A stretch of DNA of 64,000 nt from an uncultured Spirochaetota bacterium (GCA_963768055.1 CAVYGN010000001.1:960001-1024000), one strand, 5' to 3'; shown: positions 26,997 to 37,654, counted from the first letter of the stretch. Translations and numbers: made by a program. The notes: generated by a model from the letters alone, not told the origin.

Positions 26997-29279
26997 TTGA
27001 TGCCTGATTTTTCAGCGGAATTGATAAAAGATTTCCTGGATGAAGCGTTTGAACTCCTTGACAGTATGGAGAAAAGTCTTTTAGTACTGGAAAAGAACCA
27101 GGGAGACGATAAGTCCATCAATGAGATATTCAGGTGCGCTCATACGATCAAGGGAGGGGCGGGGACTGTCGGTTTTCCGGAGATACAGGATCTGACTCAT
27201 GTAATGGAAGACGTTCTCGATCTTATCCGCAAGAAATCTATTAAGTTAAAATATGAAGACATATCGGTCCTTCTCAGGTGCAGGGACGAACTCGAAAAAA
27301 TGCTGACCATGAGGCAGAGCGGCCAATCTTTTATCGATAAAAGTACGGAAAAGGTCAAGGCGGAGATCTCCTCGATAAAAGCCCGGGGCCCGGCGGATAA
27401 AGGCACGGCCGGGCAGTCAAAACCGCAGGTCCAAAAACTCCAGGAGAGCGCCCAGCAGCTTATCGATGAGTCGGGATTTGCTCAAGACGACGTTTCGATC
27501 CTGACAAAAGCCGATCTTTCTCTTTTACGTACCCTTATCAACGCAGGGATCTCCCATTACGACCTTTCCCTCATTACCGATTTGATGAACCAGGGGCATA
27601 ATGTTTTCATCCTGAAATATTATTTTAATAAAAATTACGAGATGAAAGAGGTGTCTTCTTTCCAGATCTATGCGCTTTTAAACGATATATCCGAAATTAT
27701 CAAAATAAACCCCACGCTGGATGAACTTGAAAAAGCATTCCATCAGGAAGTGCTTTTTATTATCAGCACGGATAAGAACGAAAAAGCGGTCCGTGATAAA
27801 ACAAACCTTACCGATATGATAGATACTATATCTATATTAAAAATGAATTCGGATACCGTTAAAAGCCTTGACCAGATGACGCAGCAAAAGGCCCCCAAAC
27901 AGGAAGTAAAAGAAGAAAAAATGAAGGAGAGGGAAGGGGAACAAACCGCTGAAAGCGAGATTCAAAAGAGAAATATTACCACCCTGCGGGTAGAAAGCTG
28001 GAAAATCGACGAGCTTCTGAATTTTATCGGCGAGATTGTAATAATAAAAGCGGCTTTCAATCAGCTTGATGTAGATTTCGATTCCATAGGAAACGATTTA
28101 AAATCCACATTAAGGGAATTTTTGAACGGGGTCTTGAAATTAAACCTTACAGGCGAAGGCGATATATCAAAGGAAAAGAACTCTGTACTTATGAATACCC
28201 TGAATAAACTTTTCGTTTCTTTCGATACATACACCGACAGTTTGCAGAAGATAAACAGGATCCTGACGGCATTGCAGGAAAACGTGATGAATATGCGGAT
28301 GGTTCCGATCCAGATGGTCTTTTCACGTTTTCCACGGCTTATACGGGATATGGCCGATAGAATGAATAAAAAGGTTAACCTTATCATCGAAGGGGTAGAA
28401 ACTGAAATTGACAAGGGCATGGTTGACGATATTTTCGACCCTTTGATACATATTTTACGCAATTCGATCGATCACGGTATAGAGATGCCTGAGGACAGGT
28501 TAAGGCAGGGCAAGCCTGAAACCGGGAAAATGATTTTAAAGGCGAATCATGAGGGAGACAGTATTGTTATAGAGTTAAGGGATGACGGCAGGGGCATAGA
28601 CATCGACGCCTTGAAAAAGAAAGCCCTGGAAAACGGATTTATCAATAATGAGACTGCCTCTAAACTTTCTGCAAAAGAGCTTTTAGGGCTTATCTTTATT
28701 CCCGGATTATCTACAGCGAAGGAAGTTACGGACATGTCGGGGCGCGGAGTCGGCATGGACGTGGTGAAAAGAAAGATAGAGGAAATCGGGGGAAGCGTAG
28801 GGGTTTCCACTACCAGGGGTAAAGGAACAAAGATCGTTATCCGCCTGCCGCTGACTCTCGCTATAATCCAGGGGCTTCTGGTGGTCGTTCATTCCATGCA
28901 TTATGTGATCCCTGTCGCTTCGGTGGAAGAAACGGTCATAATCAGGATCGGAGATCTCAGGGAAATAAACGGGAAACTTACTTTTGAACTAAGAGGTAAA
29001 TTCATCCCCGTTATGTCGCTGGAAAAATTTTTCTATCATAACGATATTTCTACCGATCCCGAGGGAAAGATCTTCTGCATCGTTTCGAAATACGGCGAGA
29101 ACCTTGTCGGAATATTGGTATCGGAGGTCCTGGGAGAACAGGATATAGTAATAAAATCCCTGAACACAAAATTGATAAAGAGCCCCGGAATTTCGGCCGC
29201 GACTATTATCGGTAACGGGGATATCGGGTACATTATCGAAACCGGCCAGATAATAGCGCAGAATTTTAAATCTTCCTGA
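26997..29279 (+). CDS. cheA: Chemotaxis histidine kinase
   Basis: Hpt IFRCAHTIKG, HILRNSIDHG, DDGRG, SGRGVGMDVV, C-terminal CheW-like domain. Confidence 0.96.
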   Translation: MMPDFSAELIKDFLDEAFELLDSMEKSLLVLEKNQGDDKSINEIFRCAHTIKGGAGTVGFPEIQDLTHVMEDVLDLIRKKSIKLKYEDISVLLRCRDELEKMLTMRQSGQSFIDKSTEKVKAEISSIKARGPADKGTAGQSKPQVQKLQESAQQLIDESGFAQDDVSILTKADLSLLRTLINAGISHYDLSLITDLMNQGHNVFILKYYFNKNYEMKEVSSFQIYALLNDISEIIKINPTLDELEKAFHQEVLFIISTDKNEKAVRDKTNLTDMIDTISILKMNSDTVKSLDQMTQQKAPKQEVKEEKMKEREGEQTAESEIQKRNITTLRVESWKIDELLNFIGEIVIIKAAFNQLDVDFDSIGNDLKSTLREFLNGVLKLNLTGEGDISKEKNSVLMNTLNKLFVSFDTYTDSLQKINRILTALQENVMNMRMVPIQMVFSRFPRLIRDMADRMNKKVNLIIEGVETEIDKGMVDDIFDPLIHILRNSIDHGIEMPEDRLRQGKPETGKMILKANHEGDSIVIELRDDGRGIDIDALKKKALENGFINNETASKLSAKELLGLIFIPGLSTAKEVTDMSGRGVGMDVVKRKIEEIGGSVGVSTTRGKGTKIVIRLPLTLAIIQGLLVVVHSMHYVIPVASVEETVIIRIGDLREINGKLTFELRGKFIPVMSLEKFFYHNDISTDPEGKIFCIVSKYGENLVGILVSEVLGEQDIVIKSLNTKLIKSPGISAATIIGNGDIGYIIETGQIIAQNFKSS

Positions 29280-29303
29280 TTATAGAAAATTTTTCATAGG
29301 GGG

Positions 29304-29822
29304 ATGATTTTGGATCAAAAAATCCTTAATAAAAGGATCGAGGAAAAGGACCAGGTAAAAAAATCGACGATTCTTTTTCAATCCATATCTTTCAAACTCG
29401 ACAGCAGCATATATGCAATGGATGTCATGAACATCGTAGAGATAATTTTCGCTCATAAGATTTACAAAGTTCCGAACACGGATTCAAAACTGCTCGGAGT
29501 ATTGAATCTCAGGGGAAACATCCTTCCCGTTTATAGCCTTAAAATGGTGCTCGGCATGGAAGACCCTGTAGTAAACAAGGGTATAATCGAAGAAGAAGAT
29601 AAATTCATAATAATGATAAGAAAGGAAAAGGATACCTTTGGAATATTGATCGACGGGATTTACAAGAACATCGCGGCCACCGAAGACAACTACAGGGAAG
29701 GAGGATTTTTAGAAAAGTGGTCGAAAAATTCTTTATTTAAAGGGGTTATCCTTGAAGATAATCTTGAGATCCTGATTGTAAATGTGGAAAATCTTTTAAA
29801 ATATATAATAACTCTAAAATAA
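29304..29822 (+). CDS. cheW: Chemotaxis adaptor
   Basis: KVPNT...GVLNLRGNILPV. Confidence 0.92.
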   Translation: MILDQKILNKRIEEKDQVKKSTILFQSISFKLDSSIYAMDVMNIVEIIFAHKIYKVPNTDSKLLGVLNLRGNILPVYSLKMVLGMEDPVVNKGIIEEEDKFIIMIRKEKDTFGILIDGIYKNIAATEDNYREGGFLEKWSKNSLFKGVILEDNLEILIVNVENLLKYIITLK

Positions 29823-29838
29823 ACGGGAGGGATAACCT

Positions 29839-30300
29839 ATGCGTATAGAGTATATAAATCCATTCGTAGAAGCCTCGTTCGATATTTTGAACGAAGTTCT
29901 TCAGACCTCTGTTAAAAGGGGCCAGTTATATCTGAAGAAACTGGGCGAGTCTATGAAAGGAGTTGCTGTCGTAGTAGGAGTCATAGGAAATTTAAAGGGA
30001 AGGATAGTATTCGACCTATCCGAAGATACAGCCATAAAAATCGCATCGAAACTCAACGGAGAGGAATTTAAAACATTCGATGAAATGGCGAGAAGCACCA
30101 TTTCAGAGATAGCCAACATGATTACGGGCCGTTCAGTAACAAAGCTTGAAAAAGACAAGCTGAATTTCAGCTTTACTCCGCCAACCCTGATAACCGGTGA
30201 AAATCTCAATATATATGAATATGCCGATATGGAGGCGCTGATTATTCCCATCGATACCGGTTTAGGCGTCATAGAGATCAATATGGCTTTCAAGGAATAA
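29839..30300 (+). CDS. cheX: CheY-P phosphatase
   Basis: MRIEYINPFV, ExxN (EIANMITG), TPPTLITG. Confidence 0.93.
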   Translation: MRIEYINPFVEASFDILNEVLQTSVKRGQLYLKKLGESMKGVAVVVGVIGNLKGRIVFDLSEDTAIKIASKLNGEEFKTFDEMARSTISEIANMITGRSVTKLEKDKLNFSFTPPTLITGENLNIYEYADMEALIIPIDTGLGVIEINMAFKE

Positions 30301-30314
30301 ATAGGAGGTGAGTC

Positions 30315-30737
30315 ATGGCAATAGTATATGATGACAACGGTTTGCCTACAGGCAGGAAAGTGGGCGGAGGAAATGTTAAAGTCTTGATCATAGATGATTC
30401 CCAGTTTATTATAAAACATTTAAGCCAGATTTTCATGTCGAGGGATTTTGAGATAATCGGCACAGCGGAAAACGGTAAGACCGGGGTGGATTTGTTTAAA
30501 GAGCTCCATGATAAAACCGACATAGTCACGCTTGATATTACAATGCCTGAAATGGACGGACTTGAGGCATTGAAACAGATTAAAGCGGTCGATCAAAATG
30601 TAGCCGTGATCATGGTGACGGCGATAGGAACCGCTGAAGCGGTTAAGGAGGCGATAAAACTTGGCGCAAAAGGCTATATAGTCAAGCCTTTGGACAGGGA
30701 AAAGGTCATAGAAAGAATAGGCCAGATTTTGAAATAA
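30315..30737 (+). CDS. cheY: Chemotaxis response regulator
   Basis: Single REC domain (LDITMPEMDG, YIVKP) with an N-terminal extension, directly after cheX. Confidence 0.9.
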   Translation: MAIVYDDNGLPTGRKVGGGNVKVLIIDDSQFIIKHLSQIFMSRDFEIIGTAENGKTGVDLFKELHDKTDIVTLDITMPEMDGLEALKQIKAVDQNVAVIMVTAIGTAEAVKEAIKLGAKGYIVKPLDREKVIERIGQILK

Positions 30738-30748
30738 TAAGCAGGGGA

Positions 30749-31708
30749 TTGAAGAATTTTATGGGTCTTGTAATAGGCGTTGACTTGGGCGGAACGGCCA
30801 TCAAAGCAGGCGTTTGCGATGATAAGGGTACGGTCTATAAATCCCTTGAGATTCCTACCGGGGTAGAGGCAAATTCCTGCGAGGTAGTGATTCAAAATAT
30901 CAAGAAATGTATAAAACAGTTGAAAGACCATGCCGGAGAAAAAGAAATAGACGCCATCGGCATAGGAGTTCCCGGAATAGTTTTTGAGAATGGAAACATC
31001 ACGATTTTTTCAAATATACGGGTTTTTGATAATTATCCGATGGGTGAAGAAATCGCGAATGAATTCAAGATACGGGTTTTTGCGGATAATGACGCGAACA
31101 ATGCCGCCAGGGGGGAGTTCATATTTGGCGCCGGCGTAGGAAAAAAGAACTTTGTTCTTATTACGCTTGGTACAGGGATAGGAGGGGGTATTTTCATAAA
31201 CTCGGATATCTATAGCGGTGCAAACGGATGCGCGGGTGAAATCGGCCATATGGTTATAGTGCCCGGCGGAAGGCAATGCGGGTGCGGTAATTTCGGCTGC
31301 TGGGAAGCTTACGGTTCGGCGAACGCGATGATAAAAAGGGCCGGCTGCCTTATCGGCAGGAAGTTGAAAACATCCCTTTCGCAGTATTATCCGGATAAAT
31401 TAGATGCAAGAGTGATAACCGACGAGGCGAAGGCGGGAGACCCGGTCGCTCTACAGATCTTCGATGAAACTTCTTATTATATTGGCCTGGGAACAGCTAA
31501 TGTTATTAACAATCTGAATCCTCAGCTTTGCATTTTCGGCGGTGGCCTATCCCATGCAGGGAAATTCCTGCTTGACAAGGTCAAATTTCATGCCATGCTT
31601 AACAGTTCGCCGGCGGCCTGGGAAGCCGTTGACTTAGTTATGGCTAAACTCGGCAATAAAGCGGGAATTCTTGGCGCGGCCGCCCTCGCTTTTATGAAAA
31701 AATCTTGA
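30749..31708 (+). CDS. glk: ROK-family sugar kinase (glucokinase-like)
   Basis: GVDLGGT, DNDANNAA, LGTGIGGG, GEIGH, Zn motif CGCGNFGCWE. Confidence 0.85.
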   Translation: MKNFMGLVIGVDLGGTAIKAGVCDDKGTVYKSLEIPTGVEANSCEVVIQNIKKCIKQLKDHAGEKEIDAIGIGVPGIVFENGNITIFSNIRVFDNYPMGEEIANEFKIRVFADNDANNAARGEFIFGAGVGKKNFVLITLGTGIGGGIFINSDIYSGANGCAGEIGHMVIVPGGRQCGCGNFGCWEAYGSANAMIKRAGCLIGRKLKTSLSQYYPDKLDARVITDEAKAGDPVALQIFDETSYYIGLGTANVINNLNPQLCIFGGGLSHAGKFLLDKVKFHAMLNSSPAAWEAVDLVMAKLGNKAGILGAAALAFMKKS

Positions 31709-32838
31709 TAAAGAGCTGGATTTCAATGCGCTTCCAAAATAAAGTTTTCATTGCCGGCTTGTTTATAACGCTTGCATTTACCGGGGCTGCATATTCCGGC
31801 CTGATAATAAATTTTGAAGGAATGGGGTATGACGAAGTGCAGTCTTTTAGCAATTCCATTTCAAATTTACCTGTTACAGCCATTATGATCGGAAGTCCGT
31901 TCAAGGGCTACGAGTTTAAAAAAATGGATACGCCGGTCTATGATTTTTACGATATCGGAGGAAGTTTCCGGAGAGGTTCGATGGAAACAGCGCTAGGAAG
32001 CCCCGATTCCTTTTCAAACCTGGTTGACTATTTTCATGAAAGAAGGATCGAAGTTTATTCAAAAATAAACCTGTTCGTGCAAAAAGAAGGGTTTAACAGG
32101 AATTTATGGGACTCCTACGATTTTACCTGGGATAGTTTTACTTTTGGCGATCTATATTATTTTGATATAAATAATGAGAACACAAGAACAAAATTGGGAG
32201 AAATAATATATTTTTTGTCATCACTTCCTGTAGATAAATGGGTCATCGATCTCAGGGAGATTCCTGAGAAGCTTATAAAAGGCTACAAAGATTTTTTGGG
32301 GGAGAAGGGGGGCGGTAAATTTATCATCCTGGAAGATACTACTAATGATAATGATTTTAGAATGAGTTCGGGAGACTACGATTATATCAGGGAAAATATA
32401 TTTATTATCCCTGACCCGCATCTGATGGAAGCTAAAACTTACGGGGGTCATCCGGGGTGGATTCATTTTATCGACAGTGAAAGCCTGTCGGTCAATAATT
32501 ACGCCTCTTTGTCGTTCCTGTTGTCCAGGGAGAAAAATGTGGCAGTGCCTGCGGTTTTTGTAAATTCTTACGGGAGCCAGCTTCTGCGTTTCTTTTTAAA
32601 TTCTTCGGGCTTCAGCGTCCTGCCGGTTTCCGACGACAAGCTTGTGATCTATAATAATGAGAAAATTGCGGCATTCAATTTTTCTTCTTCATTCTCTTTC
32701 TGGAAAACTGAAAATCTGATTAATAAAAGAGGGTTTTATAAAAGCATATTCGGCGGATCGACCTTGACCCTTAAGAGTAATGAAATGGAGTTTTTTATGC
32801 TACCGGATTCGGCGGCATACTGGGTAATTACCAATTAA
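31705..32838 (+). CDS. Secreted protein resembling a degenerate GH13 alpha-amylase
   Basis: Signal peptide; VTAIMIGSPFKG...YDFYDIGG..RGSMETALGS...LVDYFHERRIEVY resembles the N-terminal barrel of Bacillus-type amylases, but the catalytic regions are eroded. Confidence 0.55.
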   Translation: MIKSWISMRFQNKVFIAGLFITLAFTGAAYSGLIINFEGMGYDEVQSFSNSISNLPVTAIMIGSPFKGYEFKKMDTPVYDFYDIGGSFRRGSMETALGSPDSFSNLVDYFHERRIEVYSKINLFVQKEGFNRNLWDSYDFTWDSFTFGDLYYFDINNENTRTKLGEIIYFLSSLPVDKWVIDLREIPEKLIKGYKDFLGEKGGGKFIILEDTTNDNDFRMSSGDYDYIRENIFIIPDPHLMEAKTYGGHPGWIHFIDSESLSVNNYASLSFLLSREKNVAVPAVFVNSYGSQLLRFFLNSSGFSVLPVSDDKLVIYNNEKIAAFNFSSSFSFWKTENLINKRGFYKSIFGGSTLTLKSNEMEFFMLPDSAAYWVITN

Positions 32839-32861
32839 AAAGTTAACCGGGGTTTAATAAA

Positions 32862-33683
32862 ATGCTAAAAAAAACACTTTTCCTGCTTATATTCTCTGCA
32901 CTTTTTTCCTGCTCGCAGTATTACAGGTTCGATGAACTTTATGATAAAGGCGAGTTCCTGAAGGCTTACCGGCTCCTTGACAACATTAACAACAAGAATA
33001 ATATTCATTACCAGAGAAGGTTATTCAGGGTCGTGATCAAGCTGTCCCTCGACGGCGACAGGGATTTCATAGAGATGCTCAGATCGATGACAAAAGGCAC
33101 GCCGTCCGATGATGTAATTTCCTATTTTATATTCGGGTCGGCCTATGTAGATTTTCTTGACGCTAAGGACACCCCCCAATATCAATCCGTTGTTTCCAAT
33201 TTACAGGATTTGCAAAAAGTACCCGGAGAATTCGTAGTTTACGCTTATAAGCTCAGGGGAATTTCCTGCTATAAACTGGGCAGCTATACCGAAGCTATAA
33301 ATGATTTGAACAGCAGCTACAAAATTATGCCTTATATGGACGATCTGTATTTTATAGGAAAATGTTATTACGGCCTTCAGGATTATAAAACTTCTTACGA
33401 TTATTTCAACAGGGTTTCCTCAGGGACCCAAAATCTCTTCTTCAGGGGGCTTGCAAATTTTGAAATGGGTGAAATTGATTTTTATGAAACCAACTATTCG
33501 GAAGCTCTTTCGAAATATGTTGATTCGGTTAATTTTTATTCAAAAAACGCAGTCTGTACGTACAAGATAGCGAAATGCCTTGAAAAGCTGAAATATAATC
33601 GTTTGAGCCCGAAATTTTACAAAACCTCGCTAAGGATAACGAATGATTATGCAAGCGCCTGGTTTTTTCTGAATATAAATTAA
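32862..33683 (+). CDS. TPR lipoprotein
   Basis: Lipobox-like LFSC and TPR helices (RGISCYKLGSYTEAINDL). Confidence 0.8.
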   Translation: MLKKTLFLLIFSALFSCSQYYRFDELYDKGEFLKAYRLLDNINNKNNIHYQRRLFRVVIKLSLDGDRDFIEMLRSMTKGTPSDDVISYFIFGSAYVDFLDAKDTPQYQSVVSNLQDLQKVPGEFVVYAYKLRGISCYKLGSYTEAINDLNSSYKIMPYMDDLYFIGKCYYGLQDYKTSYDYFNRVSSGTQNLFFRGLANFEMGEIDFYETNYSEALSKYVDSVNFYSKNAVCTYKIAKCLEKLKYNRLSPKFYKTSLRITNDYASAWFFLNIN

Positions 33684-33792
33684 GGGCGCTTTATCCTGGG
33701 GCCAGGCACCAGGGCCCATAGGGCATGCATTTATAGTTAAATAGCAAGTTGTTAATATAAAGGGCAATTTTCTTGAGTTTTTATGACTGCCC
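33684..33792 (-). mobile_element. MITE-like element, copy 1
   Basis: Termini GGGCGCTTT...AGTTTTTATGACTGCCC. The reverse complement aligns with 62560-62724 and shares GCCCTATGGGCCCTG with 43088-43102. Confidence 0.65.
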
Positions 33793-33809
33793 TTTAACCG
33801 GGGAATAAA

Positions 33810-34814
33810 ATGCAATCGAGAAAGTACAATTACCTCGTAGCGGATGATGAACCGAATATATTGAAGATCATAAGCGATATCCTGACCCTGCACCCGAATA
33901 CACTTTCTGTTTTTACTGCAAAAGACGGTGAAAAAGCCCTGCAGATTTATATGAATAACAATATAGATATCGTTATTACAGATGTACTTATGCCTCGAAT
34001 AAGCGGACTCGACCTGATTAAAAAAATAAGGGAATTAAACCATGATGCGAATATTATCATCGTGTCGGCGTCAAGTAACCTCAATGTCGTACGGGAGGCT
34101 TTGAGAAACGGGGCTTACGACTATATCTTAAAGCCATTTTCTCTCGATGATATTATGTTTTCAGTAAACAGGATAATCGAAAGGTTAAGGCTTCTTGAAG
34201 AAAAAAAGAGTTACCTGGATTCACTCGAACTCGAAATAGGGGAAGTGTCAAAAAAATTAAAATCTTCTTTTCTCGATGCATTAAGGGTTATCATTAACGC
34301 CCTGGAGGTTAAGGATAAAACTATAAAAATCCATTCCCTGAACGTCGCTAAATATTCTATAAAATTGGCGTCTGCCATAGGTTTGAGCGGCGATGTTATG
34401 GATAATATAGAAACAGGATCGTTTCTGCATGATATCGGGAAAATCGGCATTCCTGATAATATTCTAATGAAACCCACCGCATTGACCAAGGAAGAATTCG
34501 AGATCATTAAAAAGCATCCCGTGCTGGGCAGGCAGATAATCGAACCTATGTTTGGAAAAAATGAAGACATAATCAATATAATATATTATCATCATGAAAG
34601 GTACGACGGGGGAGGTTATCCCGAGGGATTACAAGGAGATAAAATACCTCTTGTCGGCAGGATTTCAGCCCTTGTCAACTCATATGACGCGATGATTAGT
34701 GAAAAGCCTTATAGAAAACCTAAAATCAGGGAAGAAGCGGTAATTGAAATAACCAAGAACATGGGAACGCAGTTCGATCCGGATTTATCGAAAGAGTTTA
34801 TAAAACTGATTTGA
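33810..34814 (+). CDS. Response regulator with HD-GYP phosphodiesterase domain
   Basis: REC (VADDE, DVLMP, KP) plus HDIGK and HHERYDGGGYP. Confidence 0.92.
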   Translation: MQSRKYNYLVADDEPNILKIISDILTLHPNTLSVFTAKDGEKALQIYMNNNIDIVITDVLMPRISGLDLIKKIRELNHDANIIIVSASSNLNVVREALRNGAYDYILKPFSLDDIMFSVNRIIERLRLLEEKKSYLDSLELEIGEVSKKLKSSFLDALRVIINALEVKDKTIKIHSLNVAKYSIKLASAIGLSGDVMDNIETGSFLHDIGKIGIPDNILMKPTALTKEEFEIIKKHPVLGRQIIEPMFGKNEDIINIIYYHHERYDGGGYPEGLQGDKIPLVGRISALVNSYDAMISEKPYRKPKIREEAVIEITKNMGTQFDPDLSKEFIKLI

Positions 34815-34839
34815 CCATCCGATCGCGAAAGAGGGGGGA

Positions 34840-35409
34840 ATGTTTAATAAATATTTCAATATTCTGATTTTCAGCGTTTTGATCCTCACAGTTTCCTGTT
34901 CTGAAAACAAGAAAAATGCTCCCGAAATCAATTCATTCAAGTCCTCAATTCTGCTTTTCGGGGTTGGTTACGACGAGGACAGGGCCCAGACCGATCTTAA
35001 CTCGGTTTTTTACGCTTTCAGACAGGGAGTCATTTACCGGTTTTCCGGGGACATACTCACACTCAGCCTGGATTATTCGAACAAAACAACCAGGGTATCC
35101 GTAGAAGACCTTACCTATGCAAGATTGGTAAAGCCCATTGATAATTTTTATATTTATGAATTGCCGTATTCCGGTACGGTCAATATCCGCGGCGGATCGG
35201 AAAAAAGAATATCGACGTCTCTTACCCTGAAAAAACCTTTCAGCTACCTGATGAGAATGCTTACAATAGCGGTGATGGAGGAATTGGGGAAAACTCATAA
35301 AAAAGATGAAAAAGGATATATATATCTGGTTTCCCTTAATTATGGCCCAACGTCCGATAAATCTTTAGTAATTTCAGCGGATCTTCTATTGACCAAGGAA
35401 GATCAATGA
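34840..35409 (+). CDS. Hypothetical lipoprotein
   Basis: Lipobox-like TVSC; RBS; overlaps the next gene. Confidence 0.65.
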   Translation: MFNKYFNILIFSVLILTVSCSENKKNAPEINSFKSSILLFGVGYDEDRAQTDLNSVFYAFRQGVIYRFSGDILTLSLDYSNKTTRVSVEDLTYARLVKPIDNFYIYELPYSGTVNIRGGSEKRISTSLTLKKPFSYLMRMLTIAVMEELGKTHKKDEKGYIYLVSLNYGPTSDKSLVISADLLLTKEDQ

Positions 35410-36587
35410 AAATTATGGGAGTAGAAATGCAGAAGAGAATTGCAGTATTCCTGATTCTATCTTTTATTGTTACGGGTTGTTCCCAGGAACATCTGATTTT
35501 TTTAAAGAATCTCCGGAATATAAAATTATTAACCCTTCAGGATATTCTGGAAGAAAGCGGTTTATCCAATAAAAAAAACAGGGAAGAGAGAATAACAAAC
35601 CAGACCGGGAACGAAACAGTCAATGAAAATATCGTTAAAAACAATGTTGAATCTTTTAACAAAGAGCTTGTTTTGCCGTCGGATAAAGATTTTTCGATAG
35701 GTATAAAGCTTTCCAACGACTTTGTGGTATTGAAATCCATCCAGGGAGACGCGGTTTACATAAAAGATTCTTCCAGGCAGGAAAAGGGGCTTTTCCTGTT
35801 CCATAGCGGAAGGAAAGATTCAAAGATAAGGTTTCAGGACTTTGATATAAATGGCACACTCATAAAAAACCTAAATTATTTCGTGAAAATACAATCAGTT
35901 CCGGAGGAAACCCGGAAGCCGGTAAAAACCGTTTTCTCTTCATCAAGCTCCAGCAATTTAACGGAAACTAACGCAGTAGTTTCATCATCCGGAAATACCG
36001 ATATTTCTTCAGCCATAATAGCTTCAATACAGGGACTCTCGACGACTGAAGCACTCCATGAACTATCAAAAATACTGGCATCGCCGGATATACAGGACGA
36101 TGAAAAGGAGGTTATCCGCTATAAGATGACTGAGATCCTGATATCCCAGAAGAGTTACGGCCAGGCTGAAACACAGATAAATAATATGCAGAACCAGTAT
36201 AAAAAATCGTATTATACCGGAAAGCTTCTGATGGACAGGAAAAATTTCAAAGAAGCGCTCCGGCATTATCTCAACGCGCTTGGAGGAGACGACGATACAA
36301 GAAAGAATTCAGTCCTCGATCTTGAAAAACTTATTCTTTCGATAGGCGCGGCTGAGAAAAGCCTGATCGATAGATTGAAAGTCGAAACCGGCAAGTATAA
36401 AAGCGATAAAAGCTTTTATGTAGCCTCTATGCTCGGGATCGCGAAGATATATCAGTCTCTCCCCGATATTTATTCCGCCAAGGATATTTATGAATCTATT
36501 TTAAACGGGGATTACAGTCAGGACCAAAAAGATAAAGCGAAGAATTCTTATGAAGAGCTGAAAAAAGATTTTCTTGAATACCATTAA
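35406..36587 (+). CDS. Hypothetical lipoprotein with C-terminal TPR-like helices
   Basis: VTGC lipobox, Ser-rich linker, helical C-terminus. Confidence 0.65.
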   Translation: MKIMGVEMQKRIAVFLILSFIVTGCSQEHLIFLKNLRNIKLLTLQDILEESGLSNKKNREERITNQTGNETVNENIVKNNVESFNKELVLPSDKDFSIGIKLSNDFVVLKSIQGDAVYIKDSSRQEKGLFLFHSGRKDSKIRFQDFDINGTLIKNLNYFVKIQSVPEETRKPVKTVFSSSSSSNLTETNAVVSSSGNTDISSAIIASIQGLSTTEALHELSKILASPDIQDDEKEVIRYKMTEILISQKSYGQAETQINNMQNQYKKSYYTGKLLMDRKNFKEALRHYLNALGGDDDTRKNSVLDLEKLILSIGAAEKSLIDRLKVETGKYKSDKSFYVASMLGIAKIYQSLPDIYSAKDIYESILNGDYSQDQKDKAKNSYEELKKDFLEYH

Positions 36588-36605
36588 TTTTAAAAGGACC
36601 AATAA

Positions 36606-37646
36606 ATGCCGTTTATAAAGGGGATCGAAGGTTTTCTTCAGAAACCCGGCCCCGGCTTTCTCCCGGTCATCGAACAGATGAATCAATTCGGTATAATCGG
36701 CCAGTCGAAAAGCATTGTACAGGCTTATACAAAAGCCCAGAAGGCAGCGCAATCCAACGCGAATATTTTAATCGAGGGGGAAAGCGGTACGGGAAAAGAG
36801 ATCTTTTCCCAGGCCATCCATTATATAGGAAAAAGGGAAAGCGGCCCGTTCGTAAAACTCAACTGCGCTGAAATACCCGAAACCCTCCTTGAAAGCGAAC
36901 TGTTCGGATATGAAAAAGGGGCCTTTACCGGGGCCGGAAAAAGAAAAATAGGCAAGTTTGAACTTGCAAACAACGGCACCATCTTTCTTGACGAAATAAG
37001 CGAAATGTCCCTGTCCCTGCAGTCGAAAATGCTCAGGGTTATTGAAGATAAAACCATTACAAGGGTCGGGGGCCTTGAGAATATACCTATAAACGTACGC
37101 ATTCTTTCTGCAACGAACAGGGATTTATGGCAGCATGTAAGTAAAAAGCAGTTCAGGGAAGACCTGTACTATCGCTTAAACGTTATATATTTCAAAATTC
37201 CGCCCCTGCGGGAGAGAAGGGAGGACATACCCCTGCTGATCGATTACTTTATAAAATTGTATATGAAAAGTGAAAACGTTCTTATCAGGACAGTCGATGA
37301 GGAAGTAATAAGGCTCCTAATATCTCTTACCTGGTCCGGAAATGTGAGACAGCTTGAAAACGTCATACATCACGCGATAATAATGACTTATGACGACAGA
37401 ATATCCCTGGAGGATATACCTGAAAATATTTATTCAAGTATACCGGCCGGCGTTATTCATTCGGCAAGCGGGTTTGTAAAAAAAGACGATGTTATCATAA
37501 CGGATATCGACCTGAATGAAATGGAGAAAACTCAGATACTTAAAGCGCTCGAGCAATCGCGCTGGCGGATCTCGGAAGCCTCTGAAATCCTTGGAATTCA
37601 CAGGAACACCCTGCGACAAAAGATCAAAAAACATAATTTAAGATAA
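36606..37646 (+). CDS. sigma54-dependent activator lacking an N-terminal sensory domain
   Basis: GESGTGKE, ELFGYEKGAFTGA, FLDEI, FREDLYYRL, C-terminal Fis-type HTH; only ~28 aa precede the AAA+ domain. Confidence 0.92.
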   Translation: MPFIKGIEGFLQKPGPGFLPVIEQMNQFGIIGQSKSIVQAYTKAQKAAQSNANILIEGESGTGKEIFSQAIHYIGKRESGPFVKLNCAEIPETLLESELFGYEKGAFTGAGKRKIGKFELANNGTIFLDEISEMSLSLQSKMLRVIEDKTITRVGGLENIPINVRILSATNRDLWQHVSKKQFREDLYYRLNVIYFKIPPLRERREDIPLLIDYFIKLYMKSENVLIRTVDEEVIRLLISLTWSGNVRQLENVIHHAIIMTYDDRISLEDIPENIYSSIPAGVIHSASGFVKKDDVIITDIDLNEMEKTQILKALEQSRWRISEASEILGIHRNTLRQKIKKHNLR

Positions 37647-37654
37647 AATCGCCT

